From contig SVND01000002.1 of NCBI GenBank assembly GCA_015067075.1, positions 10,087-74,086 of the forward strand: 64,000 nt of DNA. The letters run 5' to 3'. Positions within the stretch are counted from its first letter, which is position 1; each line of letters opens with the position of its first letter. The notes under the pieces are model-generated. The model did not search any database and was not told where the DNA came from. It saw only the letters and a program-made list of their open reading frames with translations. Made by a program: the position numbers and the translations under genes. This document shows positions 1 through 8,966 of the stretch, in pieces. This DNA is from Oscillospiraceae bacterium. Lineage in GTDB: Bacteria > Bacillota > Clostridia > Oscillospirales > SIG530.

Positions 1-1109
1 TAAGCTGCCGCACCTTGGGGATTCTTTGCGTCAGTGGGAAGAGAATAGAATGCGAACTGCTCGTAAATATAATACTTGTCTGCCTGAGGGTCGCGGGGGA
101 AAGGAACAAAGTCAACGATTCCTTCTTTAAGCATATCAAGGAAAGCTACCTTAAACCAGAGACCGCCCCAAAGCATAGCAACCTTGCCTGCGCCAAACTG
201 TTCCTTTTGGTCGCTTCCGTCGTAAAGAACGCTGTCACTGACGGAAAGCTGTGTGTAAAATTCAACGGCACGGGCAACCTTTTCTGAACGAATGTTGTTG
301 GAAACGGAGCCGTCGGGCTCAATGCTTACAAGGGACGTACCTGTAGAATAAACGAGATACAAGCCTGTCTGAATGGCAGCACCCCAAATTTCGGGAACAC
401 CGTCGCTGTCTTCGTCGATAGTGAGTGCCTTTGCGGCGTCACGGAACGTATCCCAAGTCCAATTACCCTGTTCAAGAAGCTCCTTCGGAGTTGTAATACC
501 GTTTTCTTCGAAAATCTCCTTGTTGTACCAGCAGAAGTCCCAACGGGACGGACGCTCACGGAGAGTGTAAACGCTTCCGTTTATGCGAACGTTGTTGAAG
601 CAATTTTCAAGGTCCTTCCAAAGGTTTGTTTCAATATCAATGTAATTGTTCCAAGGCTGTAAAATGCCGCGGCTGATAAGGGAAAGGGAATTTCCTGCGT
701 GTGTAAGGTCAGGTGCTTCGCCGCCCATTGTAAGAGTGATGAGCTTCGTTGTGTAATCGTCGTTACCAATATGGATAGGCTCAATGGTTACACCGTAAAC
801 GTCGCGAATGATGGAATGCTTTGTTGCGTCGGGCTCTGTATAGCCTGCAGACGTAAGGTATGTAACTGTTTTGTTCGGAAGATCGTAAGCCTGAAGCTTG
901 ATGGACGGGTCGACGGAGTAGTGATTGTAATCAACGAATTTTCCACCTTCAGTATAATCTTCGCCAGGTGTGGGTGTATCGTCGGAAGAGGGTGCTGAAG
1001 TGGGTGTAACGTCGTCATTTGAGTTTGCTCCGCCACTACATGCTGCAAGAGAGAAAAGCATGGAAAAAGCGAGAAGCAGGGAAACCAACGATAATAATGT
1101 TTTTTTCAT
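1..1109 (-). CDS. ABC transporter extracellular solute-binding lipoprotein (family 1, sugar-type); 3' end lies outside the window
   Basis: Absent from the ORF track because it runs off the window edge. Manual translation from ATG 1109..1107 (AGGAGG at 1116-1121 on the minus strand, 6-nt spacer) gives MKKTLLSLVSLLLAFSMLFSLAAC-SGG (lipobox). The frame stays open to position 1 (..GGEAPDLTHAGN..WDFCWYNKEIFEENGITTPKELLEQGNWTWDTF..AMLWGGLW..). Confidence 0.85.
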   Translation of the reverse strand, partial: MKKTLLSLVSLLLAFSMLFSLAACSGGANSNDDVTPTSAPSSDDTPTPGEDYTEGGKFVDYNHYSVDPSIKLQAYDLPNKTVTYLTSAGYTEPDATKHSIIRDVYGVTIEPIHIGNDDYTTKLITLTMGGEAPDLTHAGNSLSLISRGILQPWNNYIDIETNLWKDLENCFNNVRINGSVYTLRERPSRWDFCWYNKEIFEENGITTPKELLEQGNWTWDTFRDAAKALTIDEDSDGVPEIWGAAIQTGLYLVYSTGTSLVSIEPDGSVSNNIRSEKVARAVEFYTQLSVSDSVLYDGSDQKEQFGAGKVAMLWGGLWFKVAFLDMLKEGIVDFVPFPRDPQADKYYIYEQFAFYSLPTDAKNPQGAAA

Positions 1110-1256
1110 ATAGTACCTCCTAATTGTTTTGTTATATTAATTATACTATACGAAAACCATCTTGGCAAGTGCCAAACATGCTTTTTTTGTTTTCAAAAAA
1201 AGCTATTTTGCGAGATGCACAATAAGGAAACGAAAATTTTTGTGTAAAATGCCTAT

Positions 1257-1285
1257 TTGAAAAAAACTTAAAATTTTGATAAAAT
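1257..1285 (+). promoter_or_regulatory. sigma-A-type promoter (TTGAAA-17-TAAAAT with TG extended -10)
   Basis: TTGAAA at 1257-1262, 17-nt spacer, TGaTAAAAT ending at 1285. About 35 nt upstream of the 1320 start, which has a GGAGGAG RBS. Confidence 0.5.
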
Positions 1286-1319
1286 ATACTTATAGATCAT
1301 ATCAAAAGCGGAGGAGCGT

Positions 1320-1646
1320 ATGGAGAGTATAGGAAAAACGGTCGTTCACGGTTTGTTTGGCAAAGGGCGCATCACCCGAATGGATGACACACACGTAAAG
1401 GTGAAATTTGAAAATAAAAGCGTGGGAGAAAAGCTGTTTGTTTTTCCCGATGCGTTTGCAAGGTATATTACTTTTGAGGACGAGGTGCTTCAAAGTGAAG
1501 CTGAGAAGCTGTTTGACGAGCGCAAGCGTTTGGCGGATGAGGCGGCACTGACAGCGGAGCGAGAGATAGCCGCGGCGGCTGAAGCGAAAAAGAAAAAGGC
1601 GGTTGCTGCAGCGGCAAGGCGCCGTGCGACAAAGAAAAATACTTAA
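1320..1646 (+). CDS. small protein: N-terminal Tudor/SH3-like segment resembling the PcrA/UvrD C-terminal domain, plus Ala/Lys/Arg-rich basic tail
   Basis: Good RBS (GGAGGAG) and a terminator directly downstream. The N-terminus VVHGLFGKGRITRMDDTHVKVKFENKSVGEKLF fits the V-x-H-x-x-FG-x-G..V.F pattern. The tail is AAAAEAKKKKAVAAAARRRATKK. Confidence 0.7.
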   Translation: MESIGKTVVHGLFGKGRITRMDDTHVKVKFENKSVGEKLFVFPDAFARYITFEDEVLQSEAEKLFDERKRLADEAALTAEREIAAAAEAKKKKAVAAAARRRATKKNT

Positions 1647-1649
1647 TAT

Positions 1650-1684
1650 GAAAAGGCTTTTCCGAGTGTGGAAAAGCCTTTTTT
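1650..1684. terminator. intrinsic terminator (possibly bidirectional)
   Basis: AAAAGGCTTTTCC-gagtgt-GGAAAAGCCTTTT followed by a T run. Lies between convergent genes 1320..1646(+) and 1742..2182(-). Confidence 0.8.
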
Positions 1685-1741
1685 GCCGTTAGCGTAAAAA
1701 AACGTGGACTTTCTGTGCGCTTTGTGGTAAAATAATTGATA

Positions 1742-2182
1742 CTACTTGAGGTAAGCTTTAAGCCTTTGAATGTGGTTGTGCTCGTTTTCCACAAGCTGTG
1801 AGCCGATGGACGTCACATCGTCAGGCAAGTCGGGGTAACGATTGAGGTTTTTCGTCATATCGATTATGCCCATGTTACTTCCCTGAATAACGCTCTCGGC
1901 GATATGGGAGGACGACGTATCCGTAAGCATATTCATTTTAATGGATGCCCAAAGTCCAACCTTGGACATTGCGCTGTTATCCTTGACGGCAAGCTGATTT
2001 TCATTGAGCTTTACAGCGGCGGCTGATGCAGTGCTGTTATAGTTGTCAAGCTGTGTCTGTAGATCGGCGGCAAGCGCTGAGTCGTTTACCATGGGAATGA
2101 CTGTGTTAAGAGAGTCAATGCCCATTTTTGCGTTTTGATATACGGCGTTTAAAAATTGTGCGCAATGTATATTTTGTTCCAT
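1742..2182 (-). CDS. hypothetical protein, predicted helical bundle (no family assigned)
   Basis: 146-aa ORF with plausible codon usage. Helical, heptad-like sequence (..DLQTQLDNYNSTASAAAVKL..NEHNHIQRLKAYLK). I recognise no catalytic motif. Confidence 0.65.
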   Translation of the reverse strand: MEQNIHCAQFLNAVYQNAKMGIDSLNTVIPMVNDSALAADLQTQLDNYNSTASAAAVKLNENQLAVKDNSAMSKVGLWASIKMNMLTDTSSSHIAESVIQGSNMGIIDMTKNLNRYPDLPDDVTSIGSQLVENEHNHIQRLKAYLK

Positions 2183-2262
2183 TTGTATCCCTCCAAATTG
2201 TGTTTACAAATAGGGTTTCCGAAAAGACACAATATATGTATGGCGGAAAGGAAAAATTTTAA

Positions 2263-3030
2263 ATGATCGAAAAATATAATTTCAGACATGATCTTTTGGA
2301 CGAAAAGGCGATATCTGCGCGCATAAGGCTGGAAAATCCCGCAAATGAGGCGCAGGTATGGCGTCAAAAGGAAAGCGGTATTTTAATAATGCTTTCAACG
2401 GCAGGCTTTGAGATATATCCGTCCTACGACAGTCCGACGATCCCCATATTTTACGAGGAGCAGGCGCAGGAGCTGGCCGGCTTTTTGAATATGCATCCGC
2501 CGTACACAGTGATCGGCATGCCTGAGCTGTTACAGCCTATGTTCCCATATTTGCAAAATGATTACACATATCAGATAGCTGAAATGGCGTCACTTAAAAA
2601 GAGCGTTGAAATGCCGGACGCAGATGATATCCGTTTTGCAAAATACGAGGATATAAGGGGAATTTACGACTTTTTATCGGGAATAAAGGAGTTTACCATG
2701 CCCGAATATGAGGAATTTGAATACACGGTCTATCGCAGAAGCGTTAAAAAAACGGGACGATTTTGTTTTACCTTGTGTGACGGCGAGATCGGTGCGACGG
2801 CGGCATCTATGGCAGAGAGTAACAGCGCGGCGTTTTTGTATTCCGTTGCAAGCGCCGAAAAATTCAGAGGAAGAGGATTTGCGAAAAAAACCGTTTGCGC
2901 CCTTTGCGCAACGCTTCAAAGGGAGGGAAAAACGCCGTATATACGATATGTAAACCCTGCGGCGAAGGCGCTTTACATGAAAATAGGATTTACACGCGTT
3001 TGCGACGTGGCGATAATGAATCCGCAATAA
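2263..3030 (+). CDS. GNAT-family N-acetyltransferase
   Basis: C-terminal acetyl-CoA motif A: ..FRGRGFAKKTVCALCATLQREGKTPYIRYVNPAAKALYMKIGF.. (R-x-x-G-x-G/A). Confidence 0.8.
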   Translation: MIEKYNFRHDLLDEKAISARIRLENPANEAQVWRQKESGILIMLSTAGFEIYPSYDSPTIPIFYEEQAQELAGFLNMHPPYTVIGMPELLQPMFPYLQNDYTYQIAEMASLKKSVEMPDADDIRFAKYEDIRGIYDFLSGIKEFTMPEYEEFEYTVYRRSVKKTGRFCFTLCDGEIGATAASMAESNSAAFLYSVASAEKFRGRGFAKKTVCALCATLQREGKTPYIRYVNPAAKALYMKIGFTRVCDVAIMNPQ

Positions 3031-5530
3031 GCTTTTCTGTTTCTACGGCGATAAGCGGAATGATGGAAAGTGTGGCAACGGTGAGCCATTGAACGCCGCT
3101 TAAGGCGGTGACACGGAAAATTCCGTTGAGCTGTGGCACGCAAATTACGACGACCTGCAAAAGAGTGCAAATTATAAAGGAAAAGGTGAGCCATTTGTTG
3201 CTGAAAATACCTTTTTTGAAAATGGAATGGCGCGAGCGCATATTAAAAGAATGGACGAGCTGAGAAAGACTTAAAACGGAAAAGCACATTGTCCGTGCAA
3301 TGTCGATGCTCGCGAAAAAATATCTGCCTATGGCAAAGGCGGCAAGAGAAAGACCGCCTATCATCAAGCCTTCACAAGCGATAAGCCTGCCGAGTCCGTC
3401 AGCAAAAATACTTTTGCGGCGGTCGGTGGGCTTTCTGTCCATTATATCGCTGTCTGCGCTGTCAACACCGAGGGAAATGGCGGGTAATGAATCTGTGACA
3501 AGATTTATCCACAAAAGCTGTACGGCAACGAGTGGCGCGGGAAAGCCTAAAAGCATGGCGATAAAAACTGTAAGAAGCTCGCCGATATTGCTTGAAAGAA
3601 GAAACTGAACGGCTTTTTTTATGTTGTCGTATATACTGCGCCCTTCCTTTATTGCGTCAACGATGGTTGCAAAATTGTCGTCCGTAAGCACCATGTCAGC
3701 CGCCCCCTTGGCAACGTCCGTGCCCGTTATACCCATGGCACAGCCAATGTCAGCCGTTTTAAGTGAGGGTGCATCGTTTACGCCGTCACCCGTCATGGCA
3801 ACGGTATGACCTTTGCGGCGCAGCGCCTTGACTATACGAACCTTTTGTTCAGGTGTAACGCGAGCGAAAACGCGCAGGTGCTCAAGGCTGTTTTCAAGCT
3901 GCTTGTCGGACATCTCGGCGAGCTGACTTCCCGTCACAGCTTGCGTTATATTGTCAGCAATGCCGACCTGCTTTGCGATAGCCAAAGCTGTTTCTGCGTT
4001 GTCGCCCGTTATCATGCAAACGCGGATACCTGCGCCCTTACAAAGCGCAACGGCGTTTTTTATTTCCGGACGGGGTGGGTCTATTATGCCGAAAAGTCCG
4101 CAAAAAACAAGGTCCTTTTCTTCCGTATCGGAGGGCGAAGCTGTGTCGCGGTACGCCACAGCAATTACACGAAGTGCCTTGCGTGCCATGACCGAAACGG
4201 CGTCAAGTATGCTTTGCCTTGCTTGTTCGTTCATTTTGCAAAATGGCAGGATCACATCGGGCGCGCCTTTTATGATGAAGCGTGTACCTGCACCATATTT
4301 GCAAACGACGCTCATTCGTTTAAGCTGTGAGGAAAAGGGCTGCTCTCGCAATCGTGAATGAGCTTTGCGAAGCTCCAAGGCGTTTATACCGCTCCCCATG
4401 GCATAGGCTTCAATTGCCTGCTCCGTAGGATCACTTCCGTTACTGCAAAGACAAGCCATAGTAAGTGCAGCCTTTTTGTCGCCGTAGCTTTCGGTTACGG
4501 TCATTTTATTTTCGGTTATAGTCCCCGTTTTATCCGAGCAGATGACGGAAACTGAGCCGAGCGCTTCAACGGCGGGAAGCTTTCTAACGATCGCGCGCCT
4601 CTTTGCCATCGTGCTGACACCGATGGCGAGCATTACGGTGACGACGGCGGGAAGCCCCTCAGGAATAGCGGCGACGGCGAGGCTGACGGAGGTCATAAAC
4701 ATATCGAGCACGGGAATATGGCGCAAAAGCCCGAAAAGAAATATTACACCGCAAATGGCAAGGGCGCACATTCCGAGAAGCTTACCTGTTTTGGCAAGCC
4801 TTAATTGTAAAGGCGTTTGCGGAGAATCGCTTTCGGAGATTATTTTCGCGATTTTTCCGACCTGTGTGTTCATACCAACATCGACAACGAGCGCCAATGC
4901 GTTGCCGCAGGTGACGACGGTAGAGGAAAAAAGCATATTTTTCATGTCACCGGGATGATGGGCTTTTGCGGATATGACGGCGGAGGTTTTTTCCACGGCG
5001 ACCGATTCGCCTGTAAGCGCAGATTCGTCACAGCGAAGGGAAGCGGCACTTATGATTCGGCAATCGGCGGGAACGAGGTCGCCTGCCTTGACTCTTATAA
5101 TATCACCGACGGTGACGTCCTGCGCGTCGACGGTCTTAAAAACGCCGTCGCGAAGCACGTATGCCGAGGGTGACGTCAGCTTTTTCAGCGCATCAAGTGC
5201 TTTTTCAGCGCGATATTCCTGCACAACACCGATGACGGCGTTGACGGCAACGATGGCGAGGATAATGAGTGAGTCGATATAGTCGCCGCTTTTTGAGATG
5301 AAGGCTGTCAAAAACGATACTACAGACGCGGCGATAAGGATAAGTATCATATAATCGGAAAGCTGTTCGGCAAAGCGCTTTAAAAGACTTTTCGGCTTGG
5401 CTTCGTTAAGTTTATTTTTACCGTAGGTATCAAGCCTTTTTAGTGCCTCTGTTTCTGAAAGACCGCGCTTTATATCGGTTTTGACAAGCGAGGCTGTTTT
5501 TTCGGCGGATATGTTGTAGTATTCAGCCAT
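2990..5530 (-). CDS. P-type (type II) calcium-translocating ATPase
   Basis: Motifs CSDKTGTITENKM (DKTGT phosphorylation site), PEGLPAVVT, MITGDN and TGDGVNDAPSLK. The N-terminus ..RGLSETEALKRLDTYGKNKL is typical of Ca-ATPases. I prefer the start at ATG 5530 (MAEYYN..) with an AAAGGAG RBS; the track start at 5548 lies inside that RBS. Confidence 0.9.
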   Translation of the reverse strand: MAEYYNISAEKTASLVKTDIKRGLSETEALKRLDTYGKNKLNEAKPKSLLKRFAEQLSDYMILILIAASVVSFLTAFISKSGDYIDSLIILAIVAVNAVIGVVQEYRAEKALDALKKLTSPSAYVLRDGVFKTVDAQDVTVGDIIRVKAGDLVPADCRIISAASLRCDESALTGESVAVEKTSAVISAKAHHPGDMKNMLFSSTVVTCGNALALVVDVGMNTQVGKIAKIISESDSPQTPLQLRLAKTGKLLGMCALAICGVIFLFGLLRHIPVLDMFMTSVSLAVAAIPEGLPAVVTVMLAIGVSTMAKRRAIVRKLPAVEALGSVSVICSDKTGTITENKMTVTESYGDKKAALTMACLCSNGSDPTEQAIEAYAMGSGINALELRKAHSRLREQPFSSQLKRMSVVCKYGAGTRFIIKGAPDVILPFCKMNEQARQSILDAVSVMARKALRVIAVAYRDTASPSDTEEKDLVFCGLFGIIDPPRPEIKNAVALCKGAGIRVCMITGDNAETALAIAKQVGIADNITQAVTGSQLAEMSDKQLENSLEHLRVFARVTPEQKVRIVKALRRKGHTVAMTGDGVNDAPSLKTADIGCAMGITGTDVAKGAADMVLTDDNFATIVDAIKEGRSIYDNIKKAVQFLLSSNIGELLTVFIAMLLGFPAPLVAVQLLWINLVTDSLPAISLGVDSADSDIMDRKPTDRRKSIFADGLGRLIACEGLMIGGLSLAAFAIGRYFFASIDIARTMCFSVLSLSQLVHSFNMRSRHSIFKKGIFSNKWLTFSFIICTLLQVVVICVPQLNGIFRVTALSGVQWLTVATLSIIPLIAVETEKLIADSLSPRRKRV

Positions 5531-5619
5531 TTTTATTGCTCCTTTCATGCTGATATAAAAATATATGGGACAGGCAAGATAAAAATGTATACAAAATCGA
5601 CGGTATGGAGTAAAAACAG

Positions 5620-5648
5620 TTGATTTTTTATGCTGTTTATAGTAAAAT
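5620..5648 (+). promoter_or_regulatory. sigma-A-type promoter for comEC (TTGATT-17-TAAAAT)
   Basis: TTGATT at 5620-5625, 17-nt spacer, TAAAAT at 5643-5648. The track ATG at 5630 sits inside this promoter. Confidence 0.45.
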
Positions 5649-5677
5649 ATAATATTATATTAAAAACAGGTGTAAAT

Positions 5678-7999
5678 ATGAAAAAGCCGCTGATGTGTAT
5701 CTGTTCGGTTTACCTCGCGTCACTGTTTGTATACATTTTCCTTTATGACACCATGAAAATTCATACGCTTATGGTGCTGTTTACCTGCGTATCATTGCTG
5801 ATGTGCGCAATCGGCACCGTATACGCCTGCAAAAGAAAAAGTATTGCGCTTTTGACAGCAGGGCTTACTGTTATTCTGACATCCCTGACGGCGGCGTTTT
5901 ATATCAACAACGTCTGGCTCGATACGTTGTCCTTTTGCGGTCATTATGAAAGAATATCGGCAACGGTGCAAAGTATATCAAAATCGAATGATAAGGTTTA
6001 CAAATACGCTATAAGAATTGACGAGCTCGACGGTGAAAAGGTAAATATAAAGGCTTATTATTACAACGAGGACGGCAGGATTTGCGATGTTGATGATAAA
6101 ATAGCTTTTACAGGCGAGCTTGAAGAATTTACAAGTGACGATTATTACAGGGCAAAAGGTATATTTTTGCGCATAGACAGGGATTACAATAACGAGTCTC
6201 TGTCTGTAGAAAAAGCGCAAAAGCACACGTGGCGTTACGGTATACAAGCCTTTCGCGATTTTCTTGAAAGGAAGCTGGAGGAAAACAGCGCAGATGTAGC
6301 TGTTTTTGCAAAGGCGGTAATGCTGGGTGACAAAAGCGGACTTGGGTTTTCTACGGAAGAAAGCTTTCGCAGGGCGGGACTTTCTCACGTTTTTGCCGTG
6401 TCGGGCTTGCACCTTTCCTTTATCAGCACGGCTGTTTACGGAGTTCTGTCGCGGATAACGGCTAAAAGACGGGTTGCCGCCGCAGTCAACATGGCAGTGG
6501 TCGTGCTGTTCATGGCTGTAACGGGATTTTCTGCATCTGTAATGCGAGCGGGAATAATGACGCTTTTATTTTACGGAGCGAAGCTTTTCGGTACGAATTC
6601 CGACTCGAAAACATCCCTTGTTTTTGCCGCAAGCTTGCTTTGCGCCGTAAATCCCTTCGCGGTCACAGACGTAAGCCTGCAGCTCTCTTTTTGCGCAACT
6701 CTTGGCATACTGCTTTTGTATAGTCCTATATACGAGCGAATGGCGAAAATATTGCCGAAGCAAAGAATAATAGCAAGTATACTGTCGTATTTATTTTCCG
6801 CCATAGCAGTCACAGTTGCCGCATCTATCGGAGTTTTGCCCATCACAGCTATTGTGTTTTCAAGCGTACAAACGTTGTCGGTGGTGTCGAATCTTTTGTG
6901 CGTTTGGGCTGTATCCGCATTTTTCATTGCTGAGCTTGTAATGGTTGCAGCAGGAAAAATACCGTTTATTTCAGACGTGGGGCGAGGTTTTATCAAATTG
7001 CTTTCAGAGTATATAACGAACTGCGCAAATTTAATATCCGATATTCCCTTTGCATCGGTGTACGTACCGAAACAGCTTGCGTTTTTACTGGTCTTCTATG
7101 CCGCAATTTGCGTTTTGCTGTATCTACTGTTTAAAAAATACGAAGCTAAAGTATCGGCTGTTATTCCCATACTCGGCGCGGTGGCGATTTTAATAGTATA
7201 CGCGGCGTTTTCGGGCTTTTATTCCATCAAGCAGGCAAACGTGCTTGAAATAACGGCTGTAGACGTGGGACAGGGTAGCTGTATCGTGGCACAAAAGGAT
7301 GGAAAGGCGTGCATGATAGATTGCGGCAGCGAAAGCGACGGTGCGGCAACGAATGCGATAGCTTTTTTGCGTGAAAACGGCGTAAGCCGACTTGAGTTTA
7401 TTGCGGTGACACATTATCATAAAGACCATGTAAACGGTATTATTGACGTGATGAAAACGGTAAAAACGGATGCCGTTATTTTACCGCCTATACCGAAAAC
7501 GAGCGAAATGGCTGATGCCATAAAAGCGGCGTCAACGGAGTGCGGCGCTGAAATCATCGTTCCCGAAAGCGATCTTCTTATAACGGCGCTGAACGGCGTG
7601 TCAGTGTATGTGCTCTCCGATTATTTTTACCAAACGCCGAATGATGAAACGCAGTCCATGACGGTGATGCTTGATTACAACAATTCCGAGTTCCTTACGA
7701 CGGGTGACATGTCGTCACAGCAGGAGATGCTTTTGGCTGAATACGGCGACAAGCTCGATTGTGACGTTTTCATGGCAGGTCATCACGGCTCGGAATATTC
7801 AAACAGCGACAAGCTGCTTTCGCAGATAACGCCTGAAATAGTGATAGCGTCTGCCGGCAAGAATAATTCTTACGGTCATCCGACGGTTGAAGCTGTTGCA
7901 AGGTTTGATTGGATAGGTGCAAGACTTTACCGCACGGATAGAGAGGGAAATATAACTGTACGCACAAGCGGAAATTCAGTTTTTGAGATTGCAGAATGA
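5678..7999 (+). CDS. comEC: DNA internalization-related competence protein ComEC/Rec2 with C-terminal metallo-beta-lactamase domain
   Basis: Polytopic membrane core (..GLSHVFAVSGLHLSF..MRAGIM..) plus an MBL domain (VDVGQGSC..AVTHYHKDHVNG..GHHGS). The start is taken at MKKPLMCIC (5678). Confidence 0.85.
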   Translation: MKKPLMCICSVYLASLFVYIFLYDTMKIHTLMVLFTCVSLLMCAIGTVYACKRKSIALLTAGLTVILTSLTAAFYINNVWLDTLSFCGHYERISATVQSISKSNDKVYKYAIRIDELDGEKVNIKAYYYNEDGRICDVDDKIAFTGELEEFTSDDYYRAKGIFLRIDRDYNNESLSVEKAQKHTWRYGIQAFRDFLERKLEENSADVAVFAKAVMLGDKSGLGFSTEESFRRAGLSHVFAVSGLHLSFISTAVYGVLSRITAKRRVAAAVNMAVVVLFMAVTGFSASVMRAGIMTLLFYGAKLFGTNSDSKTSLVFAASLLCAVNPFAVTDVSLQLSFCATLGILLLYSPIYERMAKILPKQRIIASILSYLFSAIAVTVAASIGVLPITAIVFSSVQTLSVVSNLLCVWAVSAFFIAELVMVAAGKIPFISDVGRGFIKLLSEYITNCANLISDIPFASVYVPKQLAFLLVFYAAICVLLYLLFKKYEAKVSAVIPILGAVAILIVYAAFSGFYSIKQANVLEITAVDVGQGSCIVAQKDGKACMIDCGSESDGAATNAIAFLRENGVSRLEFIAVTHYHKDHVNGIIDVMKTVKTDAVILPPIPKTSEMADAIKAASTECGAEIIVPESDLLITALNGVSVYVLSDYFYQTPNDETQSMTVMLDYNNSEFLTTGDMSSQQEMLLAEYGDKLDCDVFMAGHHGSEYSNSDKLLSQITPEIVIASAGKNNSYGHPTVEAVARFDWIGARLYRTDREGNITVRTSGNSVFEIAE

Positions 8000-8021
8000 T
8001 TTTTGAAAAGGATTGGTTGAA

Positions 8022-8849
8022 ATGAAAATAGGTGTAGTGGGTCTGGGACTTATCGGCGGTGCTGTTGCAAGGGCAATGAGTGCAAGCGGAAATGAGGTCT
8101 ACGGCTTTGATATAGATGAAAGCGTTATAAAAAACGCGGTAGATGACGGCGTAATATGCGAAAAACTTACGGAGGATAAGCTTTGTCAAATGCAGGTTAC
8201 CGTGGTCGCGCTTTATCCGCAAATAACCATAGATTATGTAAGCAAAAATAAAGATAAATTTGCAAAGGGCAGTATCGTCGTTGACTGCTCGGGCACAAAA
8301 CGCATGGTGTGTCAAGCGCTTTTCCCCATAGCAAAGGAGCAGGGTTTTTGCTTTATCGGCGGTCATCCCATGGCAGGTACGGAAAAATGGGGATATAGCT
8401 CGTCCCATCTTGTATCCTTTGCAAAGGCGACGATGCTTTTAACGCCCGATAAGGGTCAGCAGGCGCAGACACAGATTCTTTATGACCTTTTCATGAATGC
8501 AGGCTTTGCCGCAGTCAAGGTCACAACGCCGTCACAGCATGACAGAGTTATTGCTCTCACGTCACAGCTTGCTCATGTGGTCAGCAGTGCGTATATCAAA
8601 AGCCCGGTTGCTATGGAGCACCACGGCTTTTCAGCGGGAAGCTTTCGAGATATGACGCGAGTTGCCTCTCTTAACGCTGACATGTGGACGGGGCTTTTCA
8701 TGGAAAACGGCGATTACTTATGTGACGAGATAGATGCGCTGATAGAAAGACTTGCCGAGTATTCAGCGGTGATACGTCAAAAGGATGGAAAAAAGCTTAA
8801 GGCGATGTTGGAGGACGGCAAGGAGATCGCGGCGAAGTTGAAGGAATAG
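8022..8849 (+). CDS. tyrA: prephenate dehydrogenase
   Basis: Rossmann motif MKIGVVGLGLIGGAVARA plus ..GGHPMAGTEKWG..HDRVIALTSQLAHVV.. AAAGGA RBS 9 nt upstream of ATG 8022. Confidence 0.85.
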   Translation: MKIGVVGLGLIGGAVARAMSASGNEVYGFDIDESVIKNAVDDGVICEKLTEDKLCQMQVTVVALYPQITIDYVSKNKDKFAKGSIVVDCSGTKRMVCQALFPIAKEQGFCFIGGHPMAGTEKWGYSSSHLVSFAKATMLLTPDKGQQAQTQILYDLFMNAGFAAVKVTTPSQHDRVIALTSQLAHVVSSAYIKSPVAMEHHGFSAGSFRDMTRVASLNADMWTGLFMENGDYLCDEIDALIERLAEYSAVIRQKDGKKLKAMLEDGKEIAAKLKE

Positions 8850-8879
8850 GTCGTTTTTTGTCGGAGAGTTAAAAAGGAC

Positions 8880-8908
8880 TTGACAATAAAGCTATACTAA
8901 AGTATAAT
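8880..8908 (+). promoter_or_regulatory. perfect consensus sigma-A promoter (TTGACA-17-TATAAT) for prfB-secA
   Basis: TTGACA at 8880-8885, 17-nt spacer, TATAAT at 8903-8908. Confidence 0.6.
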
Positions 8909-8966
8909 ATTATGATAGAAAATTATATCCGGACGGTTAAAGCCGCCGAGGAAAGGATCAATATAC

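Noticed and set aside
5630-5677. Upstream ATG start for comEC given in the ORF track
   Set aside because: It lies inside the predicted promoter (5620-5648). MKKPLMCIC at 5678 is the more plausible start.
7770-8408. 212-aa minus-strand ORF spanning the comEC/tyrA junction
   Set aside because: It is antisense to two well-supported genes and has no recognisable features.
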